Shown here: piece by piece, positions 18,157-27,324 of the stretch
How positions within the stretch are numbered: position 1 is the first letter of the stretch
Layout of the letters: each line of letters starts with the position of its first letter
From: a virus
Lineage: Duplodnaviria; Caudoviricetes
IMG/VR virus record: IMGVR_UViG_3300017913_000464
Location: 1 to 39,136 of that record
DNA length: 39,136 bases
Reading direction: 5' to 3' (one strand)
Position numbers and translations under genes: made by a program
Notes under the pieces: generated by a model
Seen by the model: the letters and a program-made list of their open reading frames with translations, nothing else
Databases searched by the model: none
Told to the model about the DNA's origin: nothing

Positions 18157-21100
18157 TTAGAAGTTCATGATCTCGCCGAACCCTTGACGACGTTGCATAC
18201 GCGCACTTGCGTTCTGGTTGTACATTCCGCCAAGTGGGACGTCGACGTAACGATATTCGCCAGTATCGCGGTCCTTAACCAACCGACGCATGTACACGCC
18301 AGAACCTTGACCTTGGAACATTCCTGGGATCACGCCACCTGCGTACGTTGGGTCCATAGCGAAACCGAACGCATTCAAGAACGTCAGCGGGTCATAGTTA
18401 TTGGTGTTGTAGCTGTCCATCATCTCTTGAACGAGAGCTACGATCTCTGCGCGTGACAGACCTTCGTACGATGCTGTGGAATTACCTGTTGCACTTGATA
18501 GGTTGTCGACAAGTTCTTCTGTCGATGACTGATAGCCATCAGTGTAGCCCGCGATGGTTCCGTCTGGGTTATAGATGACGCCGTCCTGTATATACATGCC
18601 GTCGTTATCCGTACCAGTCACAGTACCCGTGCTGCCGCCTTCGGTTGCAGATGTTCCTGCTGGTACGAACTCACCGTTTTCATTGAGTGTACCCAAAACG
18701 TTGCCATTAGCGTCAACAACATTCCCGTCAGCGTCGATGAACCCGTTCACCGTGCTGCCATCATTCATCGTAATTGTGACGCCCTGCAATCCTGCGGATG
18801 TTGTTATGCCATCAGCACGAGTGAACGTCTGCGTTGCGCTGTCCCAAGTACCAATGATATTGCCGTCTGCGTCGAGAACGTTACCATCAGCGTCAACAGT
18901 TCCAGTTACAACCTGACCGTCGATTGTGACGTTAATGGTCTGCGCACCAGCTTCAGTATTGATTACATCGTTCTCGCCACCGCCGTCTGAACCGCCGTCT
19001 GAACCGCCGTCTGAACCGCCGTCTGAACCGCCGCCGTCTGAACCACCGCCGTCTGAACCACCGCCGTCTGAACCACCGCCGCTAGTAACCTCTACGCCAT
19101 CAACGTATGTTTTTCCGCCAAACGTTCCTGAGAAGGGTGTCCCGTCTGCGTTCAACATCAGGCCATTTGCATCAAGCGATGGGCCGCTGTTGCCGCCTTC
19201 TTCACTACCGCCACCTGTTTGGACAAGTAAACCGTTTTCGTAAGTTTCGTCACCGATAGTACCTGTGAATGGAGTGCCATCCACGCCCATCATGATACCA
19301 TCTTGAAGGTATGGGCCTGTTGGGTTTACTACATTGTTGTTTCCACCGCTGTCCTCAACAAGTACGCCATTCTCATATATCGCACCGTTGTATTCGCCCG
19401 TGAATGGTTCGCCATCGAGGAACAGGTATCCGTCGTTAAACATGTATCCTGTCGCGTTGGAGGCATTACTTTCTGTTGTGTCGAACGTGCCTGTTTCAGC
19501 GTTCCAAACAAGGGTGCCGTTGTCCACGAGTGCCTTGTCAGCGTCGCTTAATGCAGCGTAAGCTGTGTCGCGTGGGTCAGTATTGTTTGCCCCACCTTCA
19601 GTAAGCGAGTTCCCATCACTACCTGAATTATTATTGTTGTTATTAGAGCTATTCGCCTCAAGAATTTGCTGAAGCGCGAGAGCGTCCGCACTATCCACAT
19701 CGCCGTCACCGTCGATGTCGTACTCTTTGTAGACTGTTCCGTTCCCAGTGACCGCCTGCAAAATGTCTTCTGGCGTTACGCCGTCCAAACCTGTTTCCCC
19801 GATGCTAAGTTCGGGCGCTGTTCGGTCAACATCTGGGGGCGTAACGCTTCCATCTACCACCTGAGACTGTACGCCGTTAATATAAGTTCGGCCATCAGGA
19901 GCAGTACCAGTGAATGGCGTGCCGTCTGGGTATTCCATCAAGCCAGAAACTTCGTTAAATGTGGCGTTCTGCTGCTGGACAACAACGCCACCTTCGGTTA
20001 CGTCCGCTTGATTTATATCGTCAGAACCTGATCCATCGCTTACACCAGCGTCGGTAACGATAGGTACGCCGTTGACGTACTCAACACCACCGTACACGCC
20101 GTTCGCTGGTTCACCTGTTTCTTTATCCATCGCCAGACCAGTTGCCATATCATCAACAATATCGTCCAACGTTTTTATAACAGCACCGTCAACCAGTTCT
20201 GTGTTTACGGTTGCATCGCCAGTTGCTACTTCAACTTCACCTTCACTATTAATGGTTGATGTTGCACCAGTGCCAAGGTCCGCGTCTTTCGCGTCAGTGT
20301 TAATAGTGCCAGACTTACCAACACCTAGATCGGCGTCCTTCGCATCAGTGTTAATGGTCCCGCCACCAACCGTACTGCTTGATGTATCATTGCCGCCCAG
20401 CGAACCAACACCGTCAACCATTGTGCTGTTCGCATCGACTTCGTTAGCATAGTTCGGGTTGTCAACGAGCTTGCTGCCGTCCCATACAAGTGTTGGGTTG
20501 CTAACCAGTACAAGCTGTCCATCAACTAAGTCGTACGCGTCTAGTGCTGCGATAGCATTGATAGATGAGACGGACATTCCTGTGCTTTCCGCAAGGTCAA
20601 GCACATCTGAAGACGCCTTCTCGCTGCTCATTTCTGTTTCGCCGTCATCAGCACCGCCAGCGTTAGCGTTTGCTGAAGCGATGATGCCTTGGCTTTCGCT
20701 GCTTGCTGCGCCAGATACAAGAGAACCCGTACCGCCAGACGAGATTGCGTTGCCAATGTCTACTTGACCCATAGAGCCACCGCCTGTTTCGTCAGACGCG
20801 CTCCAATCACGATCGTCATCATCATCGTCGTTGTTCGACGCCTGTGTGATTGTGACATTGTTGCTCAAGCCGCCAACGACCTCCACAGCACTGCCAGGGT
20901 ACGTGTTGCCAGTGTTCGTCGCGCCAACACCCAAGTCATCGTCTTTAGCGCTTGTGTTCACAACGCCGTCGTTCCACATCTGCCCAGAACTAGTGTCTGT
21001 ATTTGTTTCGTCTGATGAGTTGTTTCTTTTGTCGTCGTTGTCATTAGCTTCAAAGATTGCGTCCCAGTCAATGTCATTTGTGACAACATTGATAGAATTG

Positions 21101-21366
21101 CCGCTGCTATCAGTTACACCAGTAGCGATGCTTTCATCGTTCTCGAACTCATTCCAGAAATCATCGTCATCTAAGTCACTGTTGATAAGATCAGCTTCAG
21201 CTTCAAGGCTACCGCCCGCTGCTACGGTGTGTGATGTGGCCCCGTTGCCGCTGTCGTTATCATCATTGCCGCCGCCGCCGCCACCGTTGTCATCACCGCA
21301 AAAAGTTCGCGGATCACGAAGGCCGTACCAGTTAAAACCTAGAAGCTCATCAAGCGTATGTTTCAT
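18157..21366 (-). CDS. Very acidic Gly/Asp/Asn/Thr-rich repeat protein (1069 aa), probably virion-associated
   Basis: GGAG RBS; overlaps the 3' end of the GNAT gene; several internal repeat families and a dockerin/EF-hand-like loop. Confidence 0.7.
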   Translation of the reverse strand: MKHTLDELLGFNWYGLRDPRTFCGDDNGGGGGGNDDNDSGNGATSHTVAAGGSLEAEADLINSDLDDDDFWNEFENDESIATGVTDSSGNSINVVTNDIDWDAIFEANDNDDKRNNSSDETNTDTSSGQMWNDGVVNTSAKDDDLGVGATNTGNTYPGSAVEVVGGLSNNVTITQASNNDDDDDDRDWSASDETGGGSMGQVDIGNAISSGGTGSLVSGAASSESQGIIASANANAGGADDGETEMSSEKASSDVLDLAESTGMSVSSINAIAALDAYDLVDGQLVLVSNPTLVWDGSKLVDNPNYANEVDANSTMVDGVGSLGGNDTSSSTVGGGTINTDAKDADLGVGKSGTINTDAKDADLGTGATSTINSEGEVEVATGDATVNTELVDGAVIKTLDDIVDDMATGLAMDKETGEPANGVYGGVEYVNGVPIVTDAGVSDGSGSDDINQADVTEGGVVVQQQNATFNEVSGLMEYPDGTPFTGTAPDGRTYINGVQSQVVDGSVTPPDVDRTAPELSIGETGLDGVTPEDILQAVTGNGTVYKEYDIDGDGDVDSADALALQQILEANSSNNNNNNSGSDGNSLTEGGANNTDPRDTAYAALSDADKALVDNGTLVWNAETGTFDTTESNASNATGYMFNDGYLFLDGEPFTGEYNGAIYENGVLVEDSGGNNNVVNPTGPYLQDGIMMGVDGTPFTGTIGDETYENGLLVQTGGGSEEGGNSGPSLDANGLMLNADGTPFSGTFGGKTYVDGVEVTSGGGSDGGGSDGGGSDGGGSDGGSDGGSDGGSDGGGENDVINTEAGAQTINVTIDGQVVTGTVDADGNVLDADGNIIGTWDSATQTFTRADGITTSAGLQGVTITMNDGSTVNGFIDADGNVVDANGNVLGTLNENGEFVPAGTSATEGGSTGTVTGTDNDGMYIQDGVIYNPDGTIAGYTDGYQSSTEELVDNLSSATGNSTASYEGLSRAEIVALVQEMMDSYNTNNYDPLTFLNAFGFAMDPTYAGGVIPGMFQGQGSGVYMRRLVKDRDTGEYRYVDVPLGGMYNQNASARMQRRQGFGEIMNF
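18977..19083 (-). repeat. In-frame tandem repeat of 15-bp and 12-bp units encoding (GGGSD)4(GGSD)3
   Basis: Seven near-identical copies of (cca/ccg)ccgccgtctgaa are visible on the plus strand. Confidence 0.95.
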
Positions 21367-21823
21367 TACTCATCTCCAAGCGGTAATTTCTGCCGACGCA
21401 GTCGTATCCGCGTTTCTTCATGAGGCTATCGAAGGCTTCGACGTTTACCCCAGTTTCTATGCCCATGCGGACCTCAGACACACCTTGGTCCTTGGCCCAC
21501 TTTTCGTATGCTGACAAAAGGCGAATGCCGATTGTCGAACCGCGCTTTTTGCGAGATACGAACCAAGCGATGTCGCTCGATACTCGCTGCTTGCTGAAGT
21601 AATAGTCCGACGCGTACGCGGCTATAATTCCAACAGGCTCTTCATCCGACCAAGCAAGGAAGCAGATACGGTTGCTGTCTTTCAAGTAACGAGACATTGT
21701 CTTGAGCGTCTGGTCAGTGCTAAAATCTAGGTGGGAAAAGCTGCTCTCGGCGTGCATTTCTTTTCCTAGTTTTATGACTGCTTTCGCATCTTTTGCCGTC
21801 AGTTCTCGAATGACAGTTGGCAC
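21350..21823 (-). CDS. GNAT-family N-acetyl/acyltransferase
   Basis: 157 aa; VIRELT..D N-terminus; acyl-CoA-binding motif A WFVSRKKRGSTIGIRLL; C-terminal KKRGY; GTG start. Confidence 0.88.
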   Translation of the reverse strand: MPTVIRELTAKDAKAVIKLGKEMHAESSFSHLDFSTDQTLKTMSRYLKDSNRICFLAWSDEEPVGIIAAYASDYYFSKQRVSSDIAWFVSRKKRGSTIGIRLLSAYEKWAKDQGVSEVRMGIETGVNVEAFDSLMKKRGYDCVGRNYRLEMSNETYA

Positions 21824-21826
21824 GTA

Positions 21827-22075
21827 TTAGTACCCCAGTTTCTTCTTCATTACGTCGTCGACATTGTAGAACTCGAACATTCCAGTTTTTGGATTGAACG
21901 AACCCGCGCCACCCATCTCTGTGAGTAGCTTCATTGTGAATGGCGATGCGTGAATTACCATGCTGTCACCCTTACGGCCTTGCTCGGCGATCTTTTCGCC
22001 CATAGCTGCCGCTTCTTTACGCTTTGCGATTGATGTGCCCGTGTTTGGGCCAAAGATTTCTGCCGAAAAAGCCAT
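21827..22075 (-). CDS. Stand-alone GRxGD/NPxTG-domain protein (82 aa)
   Basis: AGGAG RBS; GRKGDSMVIHASP..KLL..MGGAGSFNPKTGMFEF is paralogous to the N-terminus of 22131-23810. Confidence 0.8.
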   Translation of the reverse strand: MAFSAEIFGPNTGTSIAKRKEAAAMGEKIAEQGRKGDSMVIHASPFTMKLLTEMGGAGSFNPKTGMFEFYNVDDVMKKKLGY

Positions 22076-22098
22076 TTTATTCTCCTATGCTTACGACG

Positions 22099-22133
22099 AA
22101 TTTACATGCTACTTAACGGGTTAGTCGTCCCTA
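22099..22133 (-). promoter_or_regulatory. Candidate late promoter TAGGGACGAC-N19-TAAATT
   Basis: Exact motif copy; its TAG is the stop of the 559-aa gene; precedes the 82-aa/GNAT/1069/385/734 block. Confidence 0.7.
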
Positions 22134-23810
22134 CGATCCTACGTTTTGTGCTGCCGTCTCCCCGACGACCGTTGTTACGCCCGCAGCCGAGTACTCACCC
22201 GTATGCGCTTCAGCCGCATTTTCGCGTCTGGCGATCTCGCGCAGAAGCTCATCAATGCGTTCGGTTGCCATAATGTACGGCGGTGTATTAGGTTCGTAGT
22301 TCTCACGCTCGGCACGAACTTGAGCCAACGTTGCGCGTAGCGTTTCAGTTCCATAACCTTGGAAACGTTCGGCGGATGCAACACGACCCATGAAGCCAGC
22401 GTCAATATCTGTGTCGCCTGTCGCTTCGACGTACGCCATCATGTTTGCGATGTCGTTCATCGCATTTGTGGCTCCGTCTTGGTTGCCGTCATACAGAGCT
22501 TCAACGAAGCCTGTCTCTTCGTTGCCCATGATTACTGCGATCTTCTGATCCTTCGTCATGTACACATTTACTGCGCCAGACATTTGCTTCATCAATTCAG
22601 GTGGCAACTGCGAAATCATCTGCTCAACAGAGTTCGCGGCTTGTTCCGAGAATGCGTACGAAGCAGCATCGTCCATCGACATCGAGATGTGGAACGGACG
22701 AACCTGATCAATGTGGCTACCAGTTAGCGTACCAGCGCCATCAGTGTATGTGTAATCAAGATACTTGCGACCGTCGTTACGGTTACTGAAGCCATTATAG
22801 TTATAATTGCCAACTATGCTTGAGTACGTCTCGTCTTCGCCCGAGGCTCCTGTTTCGTCGACTTCGACTGCTCCAGTTTCGGAAGTATTATTACTACCGC
22901 TAGAACCGCCACTATCAGTGATAGCGCCAACGACCCCGCTACTAGTTCTGGTGTTTCCGTCATCTCCGCCTCCGTCTGGGTTAAACATTACGCCACCGCG
23001 CGTGAACATGCTGCCATCACCATCTTTGTCAAAAATATTGTTGATGACTTTACCGCCCAGATAAGCCACTGGGTTCGAAACAAGTGCTGCTACATTAGCA
23101 ACTGTGCTAAATGTGTTCTTTCCTTGGACCAACGAGTTCGTGCCATAGCTGTTGTTGTTGGCGGTAAACATGCTGCCGTCGCCATCAGCGTCCATAGCGT
23201 TCCAGATATAACCACCACTGTTCTTGTCAGTGATGTTTACCGTCTGGCCAAAGATGTTCTTGGTTGCGCCGAACCTATCTGTCGACGTCCACATAGAGCC
23301 GTCACCATCCAAATCGAATGGATTGTTCTTGCGGTTAGCGGCACGTTCGGCCTCAGTAAGCGGACCTCGGCCTGCAACGCCCGCCTCGCCACCGTTAGCA
23401 GCTTCTGATACGCCGACCGTTTGGCCAGTTGCTGGATCAGTTGTTAGAAGCGAGCCGCTGCCATTACGCCAGTCATCGTCAGTATCTGATGTACTGTTGT
23501 CAAAGCTGTACGTAGTACCATCAGTGTTCGTACCGCTGATTGTCGAGCTGCTACCTGCTGTGCTTTTGTCGATCTTGTACTTCTCATCAAGACCTTCTGT
23601 ACTGTTCCACTGGTCGATCCAGTCAGTGTTTGCTGTGTTGAACTCTAATAGACCAGTGAGAGGGTTGCGTGTGCCCCTGCCACCAATCTTTTTCAAAAGC
23701 TCAACCTCTTCAGGCATGACGTGAACAAGCTGGGTATCACCTCCCCGACCCATGTCGGAAAGGGCTTGAGCCATTGCACGCATTTGGGAAGGGGAAAGGT
23801 CATTAGACAT
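22131..23810 (-). CDS. Putative internal virion protein with N-terminal GRxGD/NPxTG domain and three DxDGDGSM repeats (559 aa)
   Basis: GRGGDTQLVHVMPEEVELLKKIGGRGTRNPLTGLLEF at the N-terminus; DLDGDGSMWT, DADGDGSMFT, DKDGDGSMFT. Confidence 0.7.
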   Translation of the reverse strand: MSNDLSPSQMRAMAQALSDMGRGGDTQLVHVMPEEVELLKKIGGRGTRNPLTGLLEFNTANTDWIDQWNSTEGLDEKYKIDKSTAGSSSTISGTNTDGTTYSFDNSTSDTDDDWRNGSGSLLTTDPATGQTVGVSEAANGGEAGVAGRGPLTEAERAANRKNNPFDLDGDGSMWTSTDRFGATKNIFGQTVNITDKNSGGYIWNAMDADGDGSMFTANNNSYGTNSLVQGKNTFSTVANVAALVSNPVAYLGGKVINNIFDKDGDGSMFTRGGVMFNPDGGGDDGNTRTSSGVVGAITDSGGSSGSNNTSETGAVEVDETGASGEDETYSSIVGNYNYNGFSNRNDGRKYLDYTYTDGAGTLTGSHIDQVRPFHISMSMDDAASYAFSEQAANSVEQMISQLPPELMKQMSGAVNVYMTKDQKIAVIMGNEETGFVEALYDGNQDGATNAMNDIANMMAYVEATGDTDIDAGFMGRVASAERFQGYGTETLRATLAQVRAERENYEPNTPPYIMATERIDELLREIARRENAAEAHTGEYSAAGVTTVVGETAAQNVGS

Positions 23811-25371
23811 TAGTGATTACCGCCGCTAGTGTTACTTCGATGTCAGAAACGCTGTTCGCTGATGAAACAGTGAAAGCGATTTCCTTTGAGGTTGTGGATG
23901 CGTCGATCAGAATTGATGCCGACAAGTTCTGCTCGGTAAGGTTCGAGCTAACTGCGATCACGTCACCAGCATTGATGCCGTTAATCTTCATCTGGATGTT
24001 CGCCGTACCAGACGTACACTTCGCAGCGATAGCGTCGATACGTACGTTCTGCTTAAACGCACGCGTCACAACGTAATCGCCATTCGAGATGGAACCGTCT
24101 TGCTGGAAGAAGAACGAACGAGTTGCGAAGGTGTCGGGCAACTGAGCAACTGGCAGCTTACCAGTGCTGTCCAAGCCAGCGACACCATCAGCAGCACCGA
24201 TGTACGTCTTTGGTACAAGTGAAGTAAAGTCAACGTTCGCAAATTCCAAGCCGCCACCAGTCGAGTTGATGCGCAAGAATTGTAGAGCGTTCGTTGTGCC
24301 GAAAGCAGGGATACCAGTATCGGGTGAAGTAAGCAGCCAACCCGTACCGTTGTAGAACTTCAAAACGTTCGGAGACGCACCAGTATCAACCCACATGTCG
24401 CCCGCATTCGCTGATGTAGGCTGCGAGCTGCTTACGTATACACGACCACGGTTCGCAAGTAGCGTTGATAGTCCGTTCACTTTGTTTTGTGGGACTTCGT
24501 CATCACTGATTGCGAGCTTGTTGAATGGGATCAAGCCGTCAGTGTTCGTGAACTTGTCTTCTGTCATCAAGCCAGAAACACGAACCTGTGAGGTGTCTTC
24601 CACGATGATGAACGTGACCAAGTCGCCAGATGTAAGAGCTGACGTAAACGTAATTGTAGAGTTCGCAGGTTGCTGCGTATAGTCGTTCGTACCGCCTTGG
24701 CGCTGCAATACGCCGTTGCGATATACGAGAACCTTTTGGTCTTCGTTGTGCACGAATGGAAAAACGGCCTGTGATGTACCCGCTATAACGTCTTCGCGAA
24801 CAAAACCACTGTCGTTAGCAGATTGCACCTTATAAATAGTAATCAGGTCATCCGCAGCAGTCGCATCGTTAAGTGTTACTGTGTTTGCAGTAGGTTGGTT
24901 CGAGTAATCATCTTCAGCAAGCAATGCACCATTCAGGTAAACAACGATAGCATCAGCAGCTTCGTGGATGTAGTTGAAGACCGTTGTACCTGTTGGGTAA
25001 TCAATATCACCACCGCTATCAGCTTCGTTGATTACAATATCAGTACGCGCTGAGAACAACGGCGCACCAATCGTGCCAACGTCAGAACCCGCTGCACCGC
25101 GAATTTCTGCGATAGTCGCTAGTTCTTTCCAGCCCGTCTCGTTGTCAGTGTACTGACCGACGCGATACTGAAGACCAGCTTCGTTGTCGTTACGAAGCTC
25201 GACGGGTGCTTTAAGTACGCCGTCTTGATCGAATAGAACTTTTACAAGTTCTGCTAGTGTAAAGTCACCAACTTCTGCGGAGTTAAGATAGCGAACAATG
25301 TTCTCGATGTCCGCGCCAATGTTACCGCTGGAAGTATGGTTGCCAGGATATAGTACCTTTAGGCGTGCCAT
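23803..25371 (-). CDS. Tail fibre / tail appendage protein (522 aa)
   Basis: Two tandem VYxNGxL..DY...T(V/I)T...GD modules and a GVAGLDSTGKLP motif typical of phage fibres; follows the nozzle gene; AAGGAG RBS. Confidence 0.7.
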   Translation of the reverse strand: MARLKVLYPGNHTSSGNIGADIENIVRYLNSAEVGDFTLAELVKVLFDQDGVLKAPVELRNDNEAGLQYRVGQYTDNETGWKELATIAEIRGAAGSDVGTIGAPLFSARTDIVINEADSGGDIDYPTGTTVFNYIHEAADAIVVYLNGALLAEDDYSNQPTANTVTLNDATAADDLITIYKVQSANDSGFVREDVIAGTSQAVFPFVHNEDQKVLVYRNGVLQRQGGTNDYTQQPANSTITFTSALTSGDLVTFIIVEDTSQVRVSGLMTEDKFTNTDGLIPFNKLAISDDEVPQNKVNGLSTLLANRGRVYVSSSQPTSANAGDMWVDTGASPNVLKFYNGTGWLLTSPDTGIPAFGTTNALQFLRINSTGGGLEFANVDFTSLVPKTYIGAADGVAGLDSTGKLPVAQLPDTFATRSFFFQQDGSISNGDYVVTRAFKQNVRIDAIAAKCTSGTANIQMKINGINAGDVIAVSSNLTEQNLSASILIDASTTSKEIAFTVSSANSVSDIEVTLAAVITNV

Positions 25372-25372
25372 C

Positions 25373-26893
25373 TTATTTCTCCTTGTGCATAATGAAGGCG
25401 AAACTGATCACAGTGACGTCGCTGTCTACGTCCTGCTCTTCAGTTCTAAATCTGAGGCGTATGCCTCGAAAAACGTGGTTGAATGGGAAGCTGTAATCAG
25501 ACTTGAGCGGGGCATCACCCCAGTGAGTGTCACCTTCAAGCCTGTCGAGGTTGATCTCAAGCGTACCCATGGGCGTGTCGTTCTCATCAACGGCATCAAC
25601 AAAGAACCTTCCCGAGCCGATAGCCTGAATGATGAACGTATGCGTTCGCTTGTTACCGACAAAGTCACCAAGCCAGAGTACGGGGGTTTCGGCGGTCATC
25701 GGTGAACGACGTAGGTCAGCAAGACCAGTATCCTGATCGAACGTACGGTCAGTACTTTCGTACACACCGTCAGCCGTACCGAACATCAAACGACCACCCA
25801 AGAACGTACCGCAGCGGGGAAGCAATGTGTCACCAATCTGGAAGTTCACAAGCTCGTAACCAGCGCGGAAGTTCATCGTCAAACGAACCGCACGCTGCCC
25901 GCCTGGGCGGGGGAAGAACACGTGGTACGCTTGGTTGTCAGGATCGTAAACAGCCGAGATTGTCGCTGGATCAGGCGTTGTCTTAACGAGTTCTTGGTAC
26001 AGCGGCTCGATCTCGTCGGACAACGACGCTTCCGCGATGGTCAGGCCGTTCTGCTCTGATCGCATGATCGAGTGAATACCGCGACGTGAGCAGAACAAAA
26101 GGTCAGAACCTGCGTTCACGATTGTATTATGTGAGATGCAGCCAATACGAAGGTTTGCGCGGCTGTCCAACTGCCACTGCTCAAAGTCAGGGTCGATGAT
26201 GTACACAAGTGTTTGGTCGCGTGTGAAAACAGCAAGACGGTTCGCCTCGAAAGTACCCAAGCCAACGATCTCGTCGGCAGTACCAATCAAGTTAGATATG
26301 TCGATAAACGCAGCTCGTGTGACCTCTTCAGTTACAGCTTCCTCTTCAAGAAAGATGTCAGGTTCATCAACACGGCTAAACTGGATTTCGGTAGGCTTAT
26401 CCTTGAAGCCAGATACTGCAAGGCGACGCTGAATAGGGACACCGAACGCTGGCTTGATAGACGCTGTCGATGTGGAAAACTCGAAACCATCGTAGCGGTA
26501 CATACGAGTGTCTTTAGAAAAGATGTGCACCTTACCTTGGAAGTTCGTCATCGAGACGACGGCGTCCTTGTCGTACGCACCATTTACTCGGTGCCCGCGA
26601 TCTGACGACAGGTGCGTCTTGTCGCTGTCTTCTTCCGCAAAGCATACACCTTCACGGTTGTAAAAGCGGATAGCTTTTACGGGAAAGCGGTTGGAACCAC
26701 TGTGCAGAAAGAACTTTGGATCGCGGATCAACTGGCCGCGATAATCTACGTAACAGTTATCAAGGAGCCAGAAGTTCTGCTCCTCTTGCTTTTCCATAGC
26801 TGTGATGTCGCGAGATCGGTCGATACCGCGAAAGCCATAATAACTCGTGGCTTGGCTTTTTACAGCTATGGGAGCGTAAGCTAATCTCGACAT
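25373..26893 (-). CDS. Tail nozzle / tail tubular protein B (P22 gp10 / T7 gp12 analogue)
   Basis: 506 aa, beta-rich; FRGID near the N-terminus, IQFS...P..F, IGCIS..TIV, S..IEP; follows the adaptor gene. Confidence 0.7.
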   Translation of the reverse strand: MSRLAYAPIAVKSQATSYYGFRGIDRSRDITAMEKQEEQNFWLLDNCYVDYRGQLIRDPKFFLHSGSNRFPVKAIRFYNREGVCFAEEDSDKTHLSSDRGHRVNGAYDKDAVVSMTNFQGKVHIFSKDTRMYRYDGFEFSTSTASIKPAFGVPIQRRLAVSGFKDKPTEIQFSRVDEPDIFLEEEAVTEEVTRAAFIDISNLIGTADEIVGLGTFEANRLAVFTRDQTLVYIIDPDFEQWQLDSRANLRIGCISHNTIVNAGSDLLFCSRRGIHSIMRSEQNGLTIAEASLSDEIEPLYQELVKTTPDPATISAVYDPDNQAYHVFFPRPGGQRAVRLTMNFRAGYELVNFQIGDTLLPRCGTFLGGRLMFGTADGVYESTDRTFDQDTGLADLRRSPMTAETPVLWLGDFVGNKRTHTFIIQAIGSGRFFVDAVDENDTPMGTLEINLDRLEGDTHWGDAPLKSDYSFPFNHVFRGIRLRFRTEEQDVDSDVTVISFAFIMHKEK

Positions 26894-27324
26894 TATGCGT
26901 ACCGATGATTACTGCCGCCATCCTTGATCTTGATGGCAAAAGGTTTGTTTCCGTTATCGCGTTCGAGAAGCAGATCGGTCAGGTTTGCCTGATACATCTG
27001 CAAAAAGATCATCGCCTTTTCCGAACCCTGCTGAATGAAATAATGCGCTGTCAGGCCGTCAATCATAATAAGGTCATTGATCGGTCGCCACTCAGTCGGA
27101 TCGTTATAATAATCAATGTCGCCGCCAGTCCAGTACGGGTGACGACGAACCTCTTCCACAACGCGGTTCGCAAGCTCGATCATCATCATCATCACTTCGC
27201 CATCGACGCGAGATGGCGAGAAGTTACCAGCGCGGACAAGAGCTGAACGCACAAGGTTTTCAAGCGGTGAATACTTTTCCTTCCCCGCCGCGAACGGTTT
27301 TTGTACGCTCTTCTGCTCTGCCAT
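26893..27324 (-). CDS. Putative head-tail adaptor (143 aa)
   Basis: Helical protein between the capsid-proximal gene and the nozzle; TAATG overlaps on both sides. Confidence 0.55.
   Translation of the reverse strand: MAEQKSVQKPFAAGKEKYSPLENLVRSALVRAGNFSPSRVDGEVMMMMIELANRVVEEVRRHPYWTGGDIDYYNDPTEWRPINDLIMIDGLTAHYFIQQGSEKAMIFLQMYQANLTDLLLERDNGNKPFAIKIKDGGSNHRYA

Noticed and set aside
18977-19083. Tandem repeat as a CRISPR array or replication iteron
   Set aside because: No unique spacers; units are in-frame codon repeats inside a CDS.
21297-21366. Lipoprotein signal peptide on the 1069-aa protein (Cys23)
   Set aside because: No hydrophobic h-region or L-A/S-G/A-C lipobox; charged residues precede the Cys.
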